Position numbers and translations under genes: made by a program. From an uncultured Eubacteriales bacterium (GTDB lineage: Bacteria; Acidobacteriota; Aminicenantia; Aminicenantales; Saccharicenantaceae), in contig CAYQZX010000044.1 of assembly GCA_964422165.1 (NCBI GenBank), forward strand, positions 8,105 through 72,104: DNA of 64,000 nt, read 5' to 3'. Within the stretch, counting starts at the first letter, position 1, and the number at the start of each line of letters is the position of its first letter. Under the pieces are notes generated by a model, which saw only the letters and a program-made list of their open reading frames with translations, had not been told where the DNA came from and did no database searches. Positions 10,130-20,054 of this stretch are shown here, one piece after another.

Positions 10130-11167
10130 CTAACTGAGAACAAAAGCAACTTTGAGAGCTCCGTCAAGGCGGTTGGCGGCGGTGTTAAAAGCAGCCTGAG
10201 CCTCTTCAAGCTTGAAACGGTGAGTTAACAGCCAGCTGACTTCTATCTCTTTTTGACCGATCAACTGCAGCGCCTTTTCCAGACATTGATTCTGCCGGCG
10301 GACATTTATGATGGAGATTTCTTTACGCCGCAGCCGGCTAATCCGGTAAGATACTCTCTCAGGAAGGGGAATTCCAATCTGGATTATCTTGCCCCCGGGT
10401 TTTACCAATTCTACTGCCTGGTCTATTGCTTCCTGGTCTCCGCTGACTTCAAACACGGCTTCGAGGCCCAGGGGTTGACGTTGACTGATTTCACTGACCA
10501 CATCCTCCTGTTCTACCGAGGCGGACCAGTTAGCTCCAGCTTTTAAAGCCGCTTTCGCTCTTGCTTCGGAACGGTCAGTGGCAAAAATAGAAGTAAAGCC
10601 GTACTTTTTAAGTAGAAGAATCAAGGACAGACCGATTGGACCACTGCCCAGAACTCCAACCCGAGCTGTGTTTTCAAGGCCGGCCAGGTTGAAGGCGTGA
10701 AGGGCTATGGATAAAGGCTCGGCCAGCATTCCTTCTTCCAGGGTGAGTGATTCCGGAAGCTTTAATAAATTTCTGGCCGGCATTACAAAATATTCGGCAA
10801 AGCAGCCATCCAGTTCTCCGGGATGGCCGAGAAACCTGATTTTGCGACAGGTATTGAACCTTCCAGCCAGGCACTGATCACAGACGAGGCAGTAAATTGA
10901 GGGTTCAACCGCTACCAGATCACCACTTTTCAGATGTTGAGCTTCAGAGCCAACCTCAACAACTTCGGCGGCTACCTCATGGCCGACAATAACTGGATAC
11001 GGTACTTTTTCTCCGCCCACTGAATCAGAGATGAAGTAATGGAGGTCACTTCCGCAAATACCAGCTACTCTGGTTTTCAGAATAGCGGAACTCTTATCAG
11101 GAAGATGAGGTTCAGGTTTTTCCACAATCTGGACATCTCTGGGACCCTTTAAGACTGCTACTTTCAT
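10130..11167 (-). CDS. Zinc-dependent alcohol/polyol dehydrogenase (MDR family, sorbitol/threonine dehydrogenase-like)
   Basis: GICGSDLHYF and GHEVAAEVVEVG catalytic-zinc motifs, a structural-zinc Cys cluster (CLVCDQCLAGRFNTC) and a GVLGSGPIGL Rossmann motif. Confidence 0.85.
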   Translation of the reverse strand: MKVAVLKGPRDVQIVEKPEPHLPDKSSAILKTRVAGICGSDLHYFISDSVGGEKVPYPVIVGHEVAAEVVEVGSEAQHLKSGDLVAVEPSIYCLVCDQCLAGRFNTCRKIRFLGHPGELDGCFAEYFVMPARNLLKLPESLTLEEGMLAEPLSIALHAFNLAGLENTARVGVLGSGPIGLSLILLLKKYGFTSIFATDRSEARAKAALKAGANWSASVEQEDVVSEISQRQPLGLEAVFEVSGDQEAIDQAVELVKPGGKIIQIGIPLPERVSYRISRLRRKEISIINVRRQNQCLEKALQLIGQKEIEVSWLLTHRFKLEEAQAAFNTAANRLDGALKVAFVLS

Positions 11168-11478
11168 TTTTCTTTATTCTCCATTCTGCTCTCGTGGCCT
11201 AATTAATAATAGGAACGCCCGAAAGGGTAGTCAACATCAAAATTAAATTATACCTCAGGATTGGGAAAAAGGGAGGAAGGAAAGCAGAGAATTCCTAGTT
11301 CCCGAATGTCGATTCGCCTGTCATTTGACTAGGCGGGAAAATCTATTTTGAGCAAAACTCATCAGTTTCAGTACAGGTGAATGCCTATGCCGCCAGGCTT
11401 ATAAATTTTTTCTTTATTCTGGTTCAATTTTTGTATATTTTAAGAAAAGGATGAAAAGCCAGGAGGAACGGGCTTAAA

Positions 11479-12285
11479 ATGTTTTCTAAAAAAATTCAAA
11501 TAAATCCTTTTCTTTATATTCCTCTTGTGCTGGGTCTGACCTGGCTGCCCTGGGTAATGGCAGTTTCTACCGGTCAAGGAATGGAGAATCTCGCGGTTAA
11601 AGTTCTACTTCTTTCAGGGCTTCTGGTCCCGGCCCTTGTGGCTCTGGTTTTCATATTTCTGGGTGAGGAAGCAGAGTACCACTGGGATTACTGGAGGCGG
11701 GTGTTTGACCCCACCCTGATCTCCAGGAATGGTTATCGTTTCGTCTTGCTTTTTCCTTTGCTGATTACAATGCTGGCAGTTTTGCTCTCTCTGGCTTTCG
11801 GGCAGTCATTGAACCAGTTGAAAATAGTTCCACAGGTGAGATCTCATCTTCCTTCAATCTTAATATTTATTTTTTATACTTTTTTTATCGGTCCTTTTCC
11901 TGAAGAACTGGGCTGGCGTGGTTACTGGCTCGATAAACTGAAAAACCATCTTTCCGGGTTTAAAGCCAGCTGGCTTATCGCTCTGGTCTGGGCTCTCTGG
12001 CACTGGCCGCTTTTTATGGTTAAAGGATATCCGCTTCAGGCTAAGACTGCAGAACCTCTTCTAATAGTTTTTTATTTTATAGACATTTTTCCAAAGTCGT
12101 TTCTTTTTACCTATGTTTTTTTAAAGAATAATCGAAGCACCCTGGCGGCTATACTTTTTCACTTTATGATTAATTTCACCGGGCAGCTTTTTGAACTGCA
12201 GGTTTTGACCGAAGGTTTAATAACTGCTTTTTATATATTAGCTGCGGTAATAATAGTGGCAAAAAATAAAGAAATATTCAGATAA
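11479..12285 (+). CDS. CPBP (CAAX protease / Abi) family intramembrane metalloprotease
   Basis: Multi-TM protein with EELGWRGY (EExxxR), FxxxH (ALWHWPLF) and HFMINF (HxxxN) motifs. Confidence 0.7.
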   Translation: MFSKKIQINPFLYIPLVLGLTWLPWVMAVSTGQGMENLAVKVLLLSGLLVPALVALVFIFLGEEAEYHWDYWRRVFDPTLISRNGYRFVLLFPLLITMLAVLLSLAFGQSLNQLKIVPQVRSHLPSILIFIFYTFFIGPFPEELGWRGYWLDKLKNHLSGFKASWLIALVWALWHWPLFMVKGYPLQAKTAEPLLIVFYFIDIFPKSFLFTYVFLKNNRSTLAAILFHFMINFTGQLFELQVLTEGLITAFYILAAVIIVAKNKEIFR

Positions 12286-12345
12286 TCTTTTCCGGCAGCT
12301 CAGAAACCCTGATTAATTTTCCAGCCGGCCAGGTAGAGTGTTAGT

Positions 12346-12705
12346 CTACTGGCTGAGGTCGGTTGTTTGGGGATAGCTACTCATGAACATAGAACCGGCC
12401 TGGATGATTATGTAGACAACAAACGCCAGAATAAGAATGCCAAAAATCAAAAAGAGTATTGATTTTAAGCTGGAGACTTTTCTGGCTATTCCCTGGGGGA
12501 AAAAGACATCAAAACCCATTTTGCCGAGCATAATAATCATTATCATCAAACCAAAGGCCAGACGATAGACAATGATTTTGCCTTGAGTGTAATCGGATTG
12601 GTCGATTTTGATAAAAGGAAATAGCAGCCATAGACCTGCTAAAAATGCAATTATCCCCGGCAGGTGCATAAGAATTTTTTCTTTAATTTTGCTTAATTCC
12701 ATCAT
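12346..12705 (-). CDS. Small hypothetical membrane protein
   Basis: 119 aa with 3 predicted TM helices; no recognisable motif. Confidence 0.4.
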   Translation of the reverse strand: MMELSKIKEKILMHLPGIIAFLAGLWLLFPFIKIDQSDYTQGKIIVYRLAFGLMIMIIMLGKMGFDVFFPQGIARKVSSLKSILFLIFGILILAFVVYIIIQAGSMFMSSYPQTTDLSQ

Positions 12706-12885
12706 ATTTTATTTTACCTTTCTCTGGATTGCCCTGGCAAATGATTTAGCTTAATGCTAATATCAGCCTTAAAAACGGGTCTTCCAAACTATCACCGACC
12801 TGATTTCCCGCCTTTAGTTTAGACGAAAACTACCGCAAATCTTCCAGTCTCTGGGTGTCAGGATATTTAAAAAATGAACCCGAGC

Positions 12886-12913
12886 TGGACAATTGGAATA
12901 TAGTGGTATATAA
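12886..12913 (+). promoter_or_regulatory. Putative sigma70-like promoter (TGGACA-N16-TATAAT) for the GntR-type regulator gene
   Basis: Both hexamers are close to consensus with 16-bp spacing. The -10 element lies about 42 bp upstream of the ATG at 12956. Confidence 0.3.
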
Positions 12914-12955
12914 TGGTCCATAACGGTATATATATAAAATATAGAGAGGTTTAAT

Positions 12956-13945
12956 ATGGATTTGAAATTATCAATTGATAAGAACAGTCCAGTTCCTGCT
13001 TACCGTCAGCTGGTCAAGCAAATTACCTCACTGATTAGTGAAGGGAAGCTTAAGCCCGGGGATAAGCTCCCCACCGAAAGGGAACTGGCCACGCTTCTAA
13101 AAATTGCCAGGGGTACGGTTAAGAAGGCTTACGAATTATTATCAAAAGATAGAATTATTGAAACTACTCAGGGCCGGGGCACTTTTGTTTCCTCAGTTCA
13201 AGACATTATCCCGACCGGCCGAAAAGAAAAAGCCCAGAAGCTGGTAGACAACCTGCTTGAAGAATTGAGAAAGATGAATTTTTCCTTCCAGGAAATCAGA
13301 GCCTTTATAGAACTTTCTATTATTCAGAAAGAAGAAAAACTGGAAAATTTTAATGTGGCGGTTATAGACTGCAACCCGGAAAGCTTAGCCATTTTTGAAA
13401 GGCAGTTAACCTTTTTGAAACATGTCCGGGTAGCCAGGTTTCTTCTGGATGAAGTGGTGGCTGACCCTGAAGCCCAAAAGCGGCTCAAACCCTTTGACCT
13501 GATTTTAACCACCAGTACCCACTACAGTGAGTTACTGGGCAAACTTCCAAACCTGCGAGATAGACTTATCCAGGTAGCTGTCTCACCGAGTCAGGAAACC
13601 ATCATTGAAATGGCCAGTCTCAGTCCGGTTCAGAGAATTGGTGTAATCTGTGAAAGTGAGAATTTTTTGAATAGGGTAGTCTCCAGGTTAAAAAATCTGG
13701 GTCTGGTAAAAGGAAGTGTTCCTTGTCTTTTTATGAAAGATGAAGATGAATTACCCGAATTTCTGGAAAAGGTGGATGTAGTTTTAGTTCCTCCCGGGTA
13801 TCAGCTGCAGAGGAAAAAAGCCAACCTATCAGCAGTTCAGGCATTTACTGAAAGAGGCGGGAAAATTATTGCCTTTGATTATCAGATTGAAAGAGGCTCG
13901 TTGCTTTACGTTGAAGAAAGGATCAGCCAGCTCCTGAACCCCTGA
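12956..13945 (+). CDS. GntR-family transcriptional regulator with a large C-terminal effector domain
   Basis: N-terminal winged HTH (PAYRQLVKQITSLISEGKLKPGDKLPTERELATLLKIARGTVKKAYELL). RBS AGAGAGG lies 7 nt upstream of the start. It sits immediately upstream of, and co-directional with, the glutamate mutase operon. Confidence 0.7.
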   Translation: MDLKLSIDKNSPVPAYRQLVKQITSLISEGKLKPGDKLPTERELATLLKIARGTVKKAYELLSKDRIIETTQGRGTFVSSVQDIIPTGRKEKAQKLVDNLLEELRKMNFSFQEIRAFIELSIIQKEEKLENFNVAVIDCNPESLAIFERQLTFLKHVRVARFLLDEVVADPEAQKRLKPFDLILTTSTHYSELLGKLPNLRDRLIQVAVSPSQETIIEMASLSPVQRIGVICESENFLNRVVSRLKNLGLVKGSVPCLFMKDEDELPEFLEKVDVVLVPPGYQLQRKKANLSAVQAFTERGGKIIAFDYQIERGSLLYVEERISQLLNP

Positions 13946-13981
13946 GACCGGGTAGAGTTGCTTACGGTCTCTTCAGCCTCA
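13944..13981 (+). promoter_or_regulatory. 7-bp inverted repeat GAGACCG-N24-CGGTCTC between the GntR gene and glmS (candidate operator or attenuator hairpin)
   Basis: Perfect 7-bp arms overlapping the GntR stop codon. No following T-run, so it is not a classical terminator. Confidence 0.3.
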
Positions 13982-14034
13982 ACCCGAGAGATTCTTTAAG
14001 GATGTAAGAATTGGAACAAGCTGAGGTTATACCA

Positions 14035-14529
14035 ATGAAAGCCTGTGAAAGTAAAAATGAAAAACACACCATAATCCTGGGAGTAATTGGGTCTGATTGC
14101 CATTCGGTGGGGAATAAAATCCTGGAGCTTTTCTTCACCGCTGAAGGCTTCAAGGTGGTCAATCTCGGAGTAATGGTTTCCCAGCAGGAATTTGTAGATG
14201 CGGCGATTGAGACCAACGCCAAAGCTATCCTGGTCTCTTCACTATACGGGCATGGCGAGATTGACTGCCAGGGTTTTAGAGATTTGTGTCTGGAGAAAGG
14301 TCTTGACCCGATTGTTCTCTATGTTGGTGGCAATCTGGTTGTGGGAAAAACACCTTTTGCTGTGGTTGAAGAGAAGTTCAAGAAGATGGGCTTTGACCGG
14401 GTTTTTTCGCCTGATGTTGATCTTAAGAAGGTAGCTGAACTCTTGAGGCAGGATATTGAGGAAAAATTCGGGTCGGTCAGAAAGCCAGAGACGGCAGAAA
14501 AAAATCAGGAGAAAAAAAGTAACAAGTGA
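14035..14529 (+). CDS. glmS: Glutamate mutase sigma (B12-binding) subunit; methylaspartate mutase S chain
   Basis: TIILGVIGSDCHSVGNKIL...AILVSSLYGHGEIDCQGF...LYVGGNLVVGK...MGFDRVF is nearly collinear with clostridial MutS/GlmS, including the DxHxxG cobalamin-binding motif. The ORF track offers an ATG at 14011, but GAGG sits 8 nt before the ATG at 14035. Confidence 0.85.
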   Translation: MKACESKNEKHTIILGVIGSDCHSVGNKILELFFTAEGFKVVNLGVMVSQQEFVDAAIETNAKAILVSSLYGHGEIDCQGFRDLCLEKGLDPIVLYVGGNLVVGKTPFAVVEEKFKKMGFDRVFSPDVDLKKVAELLRQDIEEKFGSVRKPETAEKNQEKKSNK

Positions 14530-14548
14530 CCAGCTGAATATTTCAGCC

Positions 14549-15952
14549 ATGAAAACAATAATCAGCATTGATATCGGTTCCACCTGGACCAAAGGAGGTC
14601 TTTTTGTCCTCTCACCTTCAGGGCTGAAGCTTAAGAGCAAATATTCCACTCCTACAACTCAGAATAATCTGATTCAGGGTTTTAACGAAGTGCTTAAGGG
14701 CCTTACTGGCCAGGATATAAATGGTGCACTGGCCGGTCTCAATGATTCAACCGAAGTTTTCTTTTCTTCTTCGGCCAAGGGCGGTCTGAAAATTGCTGCC
14801 ATCGGGCTGGTTCCTGACCTGACTCTTCAATTAGCCAGACTGGCGGCCATGTCAGCCGGGGGCAAAGTAGTTGGGAGCTTTGCTTTTACTCTGACCAGGC
14901 AGGATGTAGAAGCCCTGGAGAGGCTTCAGCCGGATATCATTCTCTTCAGCGGGGGAACCGATGGTGGTAATACCCGCTATGTTCTGGATAATGCCCGGCG
15001 GCTGGCCAGTTCAGGTTTTAGCTGTCCGGTGGTCTATGCTGGCAACAGGGCAGTGGCCGATGAAGTAGTTGAAGTCCTGAAAAATAAAGAGGTCATCTTA
15101 ACCGAAAACCTGATGCCAGAGGTTGGTCAGGTAAACATTGAACCGGCCAGGGAGAAAATCAGAGAAATTTTCTTGAAAAGGATCGTTCAAGGCCGGGGAT
15201 TATCTGAACTGGTTGAAATTTTCGGCACTCAGCCCCGACCAACTCCTCTGGCTGTTTTCGAGTTGATACAGGCCATACCCAGGTTCAATCCAGACTGGTC
15301 TGACCTGGCGGCCATAGATATAGGGGGAGCTACCACGGATTTTTATTCCAACACCGAATCTTACCTGGAAACTGATTCGGTAATCTTAAAAGGGATTCGT
15401 GAACCAAGAGTAAAAAGGACAGTGGAAGGGGACTTAGGAATGCGAGTGTCAGCTTGTTCTTTGCTGGAAGCGGGAAAACCCTACCTTGAAGCTCGACTGA
15501 TAAGTCTGGGCCTGTCGCTGGAAGCGATGGAAAGATTTGTTGAAAAAATTTCTGTTGATAATGATTACCTACCAGAAACTGAAGAGGAAATCTGGCTGGA
15601 CCGGATTCTGGCAGAGACCTGCGTCTATTACTCTGCTCTGAGACATGCTGGCGGCTGGAGAGAAACATATACTCCCCAGGGCAAAGTTTACATTCAGACC
15701 GGAAAGGATTTAAGGGCAGTTAAGGCGGTGGTGGGAAGTGGCGGTTTTCTCTCGGCCGAAAATTCGGCTGAAGTATTGCGCTTGCCTCTGGAAAGACTTG
15801 CCTTTTATGGAGATGAGAGAAAGCTTTTGCCGGAAAAACCATCTTTCTTTCGGGATAAAGATTATCTTTTTCCTCTTCTGGGAAATCTGGTCGAAAAATA
15901 TCCTCAAGATGCGGCTATTCTGGCCGTGGCTTCACTTGAAAAATTAGGTTGA
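14549..15952 (+). CDS. glmL: Glutamate mutase-associated protein GlmL/MutL (ASKHA-fold chaperone/reactivase-like)
   Basis: N-terminal IISIDIGSTWTKG actin-like ATPase motif, a length of about 467 aa, and position between the S and E subunits as in clostridial glm operons. The track ORF extends upstream to 14456 and overlaps glmS; the ATG at 14549 just after the glmS stop is preferred. Confidence 0.7.
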   Translation: MKTIISIDIGSTWTKGGLFVLSPSGLKLKSKYSTPTTQNNLIQGFNEVLKGLTGQDINGALAGLNDSTEVFFSSSAKGGLKIAAIGLVPDLTLQLARLAAMSAGGKVVGSFAFTLTRQDVEALERLQPDIILFSGGTDGGNTRYVLDNARRLASSGFSCPVVYAGNRAVADEVVEVLKNKEVILTENLMPEVGQVNIEPAREKIREIFLKRIVQGRGLSELVEIFGTQPRPTPLAVFELIQAIPRFNPDWSDLAAIDIGGATTDFYSNTESYLETDSVILKGIREPRVKRTVEGDLGMRVSACSLLEAGKPYLEARLISLGLSLEAMERFVEKISVDNDYLPETEEEIWLDRILAETCVYYSALRHAGGWRETYTPQGKVYIQTGKDLRAVKAVVGSGGFLSAENSAEVLRLPLERLAFYGDERKLLPEKPSFFRDKDYLFPLLGNLVEKYPQDAAILAVASLEKLG

Positions 15953-15964
15953 GAGGTATAAAGC

Positions 15965-17413
15965 ATGATAAGAAACGAGAAATTGGACTTAAAGGAATTT
16001 TTTGAGATAAGGAAAGAAGTTCTCCAGAGCTGGCCTACGGGTCAAAAAGTATCTCTTGATGAGGGAATTAAATACCATCATACCCTGCCTGAAGAAAAAC
16101 GATTTGTCCTGGCAATGAAGAAGGCCCGGGAAGGGCGTAAAACTCTGCTCCAGCCCAGAGCTGGGGTAGCTTTGATTGAGGAACATATCAAGCTTCTCCG
16201 CTACCTAGAAACAGAGGGACAGGCTGACCTGCTGCCTACTACCATAGATGCCTATACCAGGCAGAATCGGTATGAAGAGGCGGAAAAAGGAATAGAAAAA
16301 TCAAAACAGGCAGGCACCTCGCTGTTGAATGGTTTTCCGGCAGTTAATTACGGGGTAGAAGGCTGCCGTCGGGTGGTAGAAAACCTCAGCCGTCCGCTGC
16401 AGGTACGCCACGGGACCCCTGACGCCCGGCTACTGGCAGAAGTAACCCTGGCGGCCGGGTTTACCAGTTTTGAAGGTGGCGGAATTTCCTACAACATACC
16501 TTATGCTAAAAGAGTCCCGGTGGAAAAATCTATCAGAGACTGGCAGTATGTGGACCGACTGGTGGGCCTTTATGAGGAAAATGGAGTGCAGATAAACCGT
16601 GAACCATTCGGACCCCTTACCGGAACTCTGGTGCCGCCCTGCATTTCTATTGCTGTGGGAATCATCGAAGGTCTTCTGGCCCTGAAACAGGGAGTAAAAT
16701 CTATTACCCTGGGTTACGGACAGGGAGGCAACATTATCCAGGATGTGGCGGCTATAAAGGCACTCCGGGAGCTGGCTGATGAATATTTCAGGCAGGAAGG
16801 GTTTGAAGATTTTGACCTGACCACAGTTTTTCATCAGTGGATGGGTGGATTTCCAGAAGATGAAGCCAAAGCCTTCGCGGTTATCGCCCTTGGAGCTATA
16901 GTGGCCAGATTTTCGGGGTCAGAAAAAGTTATTGTCAAATCTCCTCATGAAGCCATGGGCATTCCCACAAAAGAAGCTAATGCCCAGGGATTGAGAGCGA
17001 CCAGACAGGCTATCAGCCTGGTTGAAGACCAGGTTATATTTAAGCCCGAAGACCTCCAGGCAGAAGTTGATTTGATTAAAGAAGAAGTGCGCTGTTTGTT
17101 GAACGGAGTCTATCAGCTCGGGCAGGGAGATATAGCCGCAGGCACGGTGGCTGCTTTCCAGGCTGGTGTTCTGGACATACCTTTTGCTCCTTCCGTGTAT
17201 AACCACGGCAAAATAATCCCAATGCGGGATAATGAAGGTTTTATCAGGATTTTCAACAAAGGTAATCTGCCATTGACCGACGAGATTATTTCCTACCACC
17301 GCCAGAGGCTTCAGGAAAGAGCTAAAGCTGAGGGTCGGGTTATTTCCTTTGAAATGGTTACAGACGATATTTATGCCGTAAGCAAAGGCAAATTAGTAGG
17401 GAGGCCGAAGTGA
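15965..17413 (+). CDS. glmE: Glutamate mutase epsilon (catalytic) subunit; methylaspartate mutase E chain
   Basis: 482 aa whose N-terminus (DLKEFFEIRKEVLQSWPTGQKVSLDEGIKYH) resembles clostridial GlmE/MutE. TIM-barrel-like core with conserved glycine-rich blocks. Confidence 0.85.
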   Translation: MIRNEKLDLKEFFEIRKEVLQSWPTGQKVSLDEGIKYHHTLPEEKRFVLAMKKAREGRKTLLQPRAGVALIEEHIKLLRYLETEGQADLLPTTIDAYTRQNRYEEAEKGIEKSKQAGTSLLNGFPAVNYGVEGCRRVVENLSRPLQVRHGTPDARLLAEVTLAAGFTSFEGGGISYNIPYAKRVPVEKSIRDWQYVDRLVGLYEENGVQINREPFGPLTGTLVPPCISIAVGIIEGLLALKQGVKSITLGYGQGGNIIQDVAAIKALRELADEYFRQEGFEDFDLTTVFHQWMGGFPEDEAKAFAVIALGAIVARFSGSEKVIVKSPHEAMGIPTKEANAQGLRATRQAISLVEDQVIFKPEDLQAEVDLIKEEVRCLLNGVYQLGQGDIAAGTVAAFQAGVLDIPFAPSVYNHGKIIPMRDNEGFIRIFNKGNLPLTDEIISYHRQRLQERAKAEGRVISFEMVTDDIYAVSKGKLVGRPK

Positions 17414-18663
17414 AAATAAAAAGAGTGTTTTTCGTACCGGGTAAGTCAGCTTTCTTTTTTGACGACCAGAGAGCAATAAAGAAAGGAGCTAAGAGCGACG
17501 GTTTTGTTTATCAGGGCCGGCCTGTAACCAGGGGTTTTGAAAGTATCAGGATGGCTGGAGAGTGTATCTCTATCGTCCTGGAACTTGAAGACGGCCAGCA
17601 GGCAGTTGGGGATTGTGCAGCGGTTCAGTATTCCGGGGTGGGAGGCCGGGACCCGCTGTTTCTGGCAGCCCATTACTTGCCGTTTCTAAAACAGAATCTT
17701 CAACCACTGCTGGAAGGACTGGAAGTAGATTCCTTCAGGGGATTAGCAGAGAGATTTGAGCATCTGAAATTTGAAGGGAAAAGACTTCACACGGCCATCA
17801 GATACGGCCTGTCTCAGGCCTTGCTGGATGCCCGGGCCAGGGTCTCGAAAAAATTGAAATGTGAGGTCATTGCGGAAGAATATAATCTGACGCTGGTTCC
17901 TGAAAGAGTTAAGGTCTTTGGACAATCCGGAGATGACCGATATACTAATGCCGACAAAATGATTTTAAAACAGGTGGATGCTCTTCCCCATGCTCTGATC
18001 AACAATATTGAGGATAAACTGGGCTGGCAAGGGGAGAAGCTGAGAGAATACATTCGCTGGTTGGTTGATAGAATCATCAAACTAAGACCGCGCCCTGATT
18101 ACCGGCCCGACCTGCACATAGATGTTTATGGCACTATAGGGCTGATTTTTGAAGGAAACCTCACCCGGGTTGCTGATTACCTGGCCTCGCTGGAAAAAGA
18201 GGCCGGGGAGTTTAACCTCTACATAGAAGGGCCGGTGGATATGGAGGAGAAATACAGGCAGCTGGAAGCCCTGGCGGAAATTACCAGAAAACTTCAAACT
18301 CTGGGTTCCCGGGTTAAAATTGTGGCTGATGAGCACTGCAACACGATTGAAGACATCAAGGAGTTTGCCGAGGCTAAAGCCTCCCATATGATTCAGATTA
18401 AGACCCCTGATCTGGGTGGCATCCAGAACGTAGTAGAAAGCAACCTTTACTGTAAAGCTCATGGAATAGAAGCTTATCAGGGCGGCACCTGCAACGAAAC
18501 AGACATTTCGGCTATTGCCTGTGTTCATGTGGCTATGGCCACCCGCCCCGACAGAATGCTGGCTAAACCAGGCATGGGTTTTGACGAAGGTTTTATGATT
18601 GTGAATAATGAGATGGAAAGGATAATTGAGCTTTTAAAGATTAAACAAGGGGAGAAGATTTAG
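17410..18663 (+). CDS. mal: Methylaspartate ammonia-lyase (beta-methylaspartase)
   Basis: Near full-length collinearity with Clostridium tetanomorphum MAL: FFDDQRAIKKGA, GDCAAVQYSGVGGRDPLFLA, RLHTAIRYG, SGDDRYTNADKMI, IQIKTPDLGG, GGTCNETD, AKPGMGFDEG. The start overlaps the glmE stop (ATGA). Confidence 0.9.
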   Translation: MKIKRVFFVPGKSAFFFDDQRAIKKGAKSDGFVYQGRPVTRGFESIRMAGECISIVLELEDGQQAVGDCAAVQYSGVGGRDPLFLAAHYLPFLKQNLQPLLEGLEVDSFRGLAERFEHLKFEGKRLHTAIRYGLSQALLDARARVSKKLKCEVIAEEYNLTLVPERVKVFGQSGDDRYTNADKMILKQVDALPHALINNIEDKLGWQGEKLREYIRWLVDRIIKLRPRPDYRPDLHIDVYGTIGLIFEGNLTRVADYLASLEKEAGEFNLYIEGPVDMEEKYRQLEALAEITRKLQTLGSRVKIVADEHCNTIEDIKEFAEAKASHMIQIKTPDLGGIQNVVESNLYCKAHGIEAYQGGTCNETDISAIACVHVAMATRPDRMLAKPGMGFDEGFMIVNNEMERIIELLKIKQGEKI

Positions 18664-20043
18664 ATGAATAAATCGAAAGCCAGATCAAAGCTCGCTCCCT
18701 TTAAGATACTTTCAACCACGGCCATTCTGGGTTACGGTTTTCCAGAAAGCTCTTTTCAGAGAGGTTTGAGGAAAAAACCTGACCTGATTGCTGTTGATGG
18801 TGGTTCAACCGACCCAGGTCCCTACTATCTTGGGGCTGGCAAGTCATTTACCAGCAGAGCAGCAGTTAAAAGGGATTTAAGACTTATGATTAAAGCTGGA
18901 TTAGAGCATAATATCCCGGTTGTGGTGGGTACCGCCGGCGGCTCTGGAGCCAGACCTCATTTAGAATGGTGTTTGGAGATAGTGAGGGAGATTGCCCGGG
19001 AAGAAAATCTTCATTTCAAACTGGGGATTGCTTATGCCGATGTGGAAAAGGAAATGGTGCTGGAGGCGTTTAAACAGAAAAGAGTCAAACCGCTGGCTTT
19101 TGTTCCTGAACTTACCCCGGAAGTGGTGTTTGAGAGCGAGAATCTTGTAGCTCAGATGGGGATTGAACCTTTCATCAAATTACTTAATCAGGGATGCCAG
19201 GTGGTTATAGCCGGACGTTCCTATGACCCGGCAGTTTTTGCGGCTCTGCCCATCTCTCTGGGGTATGACCCTGGCCTGGCCCTGCACCTGGGCAAAATTC
19301 TGGAGTGTGCGGCCATTGCGGCCACTCCGGGTTCAGGCTCGGATTGTGCCCTCGGTATCCTGGAAGAGGATTCTTTTATCCTGGAAACTCTTTCGCCGGA
19401 ACGAAAATTCACACCGCAGTCAGCGGCTGCCCACACTCTTTATGAAAAATCAGACCCTTATGAACTGCCAGGGCCTGGTGGCCTGATCAACCTGAGAGGG
19501 TGCTCCTTTGAGGATATTGGCCAGGGGCGGGTTAGAGTTAGAGGAAGCCGATTTATACCGAGTGAAAATTACTGGGTTAAAATAGAAGGCGTTCGGATGA
19601 TTGGTTTCAGGTCCATAAGTATTGCTGGAGTGCGGGACCCGATCATGATAGAAAAGATAGATAAAATCCTGAAAGAGGTTGAACTGAAGGTCAGGGAAAT
19701 TATGGGTAAAGACGGGAAAAATGGCCAGATTTATTTTCATGTTTACGGAAAAAACGGAGTGATGGGCGAACTGGAGCCGGTAAAAAGAACCCTTTCTCAC
19801 GAGCTCGGGCTGGTTATTGAAACTATTGGAAAAACTCAGGAAGAGGCCGACAGCCTTCTGGCCCTGACTCGCTCAGCTCTTCTTCACTACGGTTATGAAG
19901 GCAGAATTGCCACTGCCGGCAACCTGGCCTTTCCTTTTTCGCCTTCTGATATTTCCATGGGAAAAGTCTATGAATTCTCTGTCTATCATCTGATGCAGGT
20001 TGACCGTCCGGACTTTTTCCTCAGCCGCGTAGAAGAATTGTGA
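18664..20043 (+). CDS. Uncharacterised protein, AtuA-like / DUF1446-like (assigned from memory of the family; needs an HMM check)
   Basis: 459 aa and soluble, with no catalytic motif I recognise. It starts 1 nt after the mal stop and overlaps the next small ORF by 4 nt. In many genomes AtuA/DUF1446 is paired with a small DUF4387 partner as seen here. Confidence 0.6.
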   Translation: MNKSKARSKLAPFKILSTTAILGYGFPESSFQRGLRKKPDLIAVDGGSTDPGPYYLGAGKSFTSRAAVKRDLRLMIKAGLEHNIPVVVGTAGGSGARPHLEWCLEIVREIAREENLHFKLGIAYADVEKEMVLEAFKQKRVKPLAFVPELTPEVVFESENLVAQMGIEPFIKLLNQGCQVVIAGRSYDPAVFAALPISLGYDPGLALHLGKILECAAIAATPGSGSDCALGILEEDSFILETLSPERKFTPQSAAAHTLYEKSDPYELPGPGGLINLRGCSFEDIGQGRVRVRGSRFIPSENYWVKIEGVRMIGFRSISIAGVRDPIMIEKIDKILKEVELKVREIMGKDGKNGQIYFHVYGKNGVMGELEPVKRTLSHELGLVIETIGKTQEEADSLLALTRSALLHYGYEGRIATAGNLAFPFSPSDISMGKVYEFSVYHLMQVDRPDFFLSRVEEL

Positions 20044-20054
20044 GGGGAAGAAAG

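Noticed and set aside
14456-14548. Upstream extension of glmL from the track start at 14456 (MRKNSGRSESQRRQKK...)
   Set aside because: It would overlap the 3' end of glmS by 74 nt and adds a basic, low-complexity N-terminus. The conserved MKTIISIDIGS start at 14549 follows the glmS stop directly.
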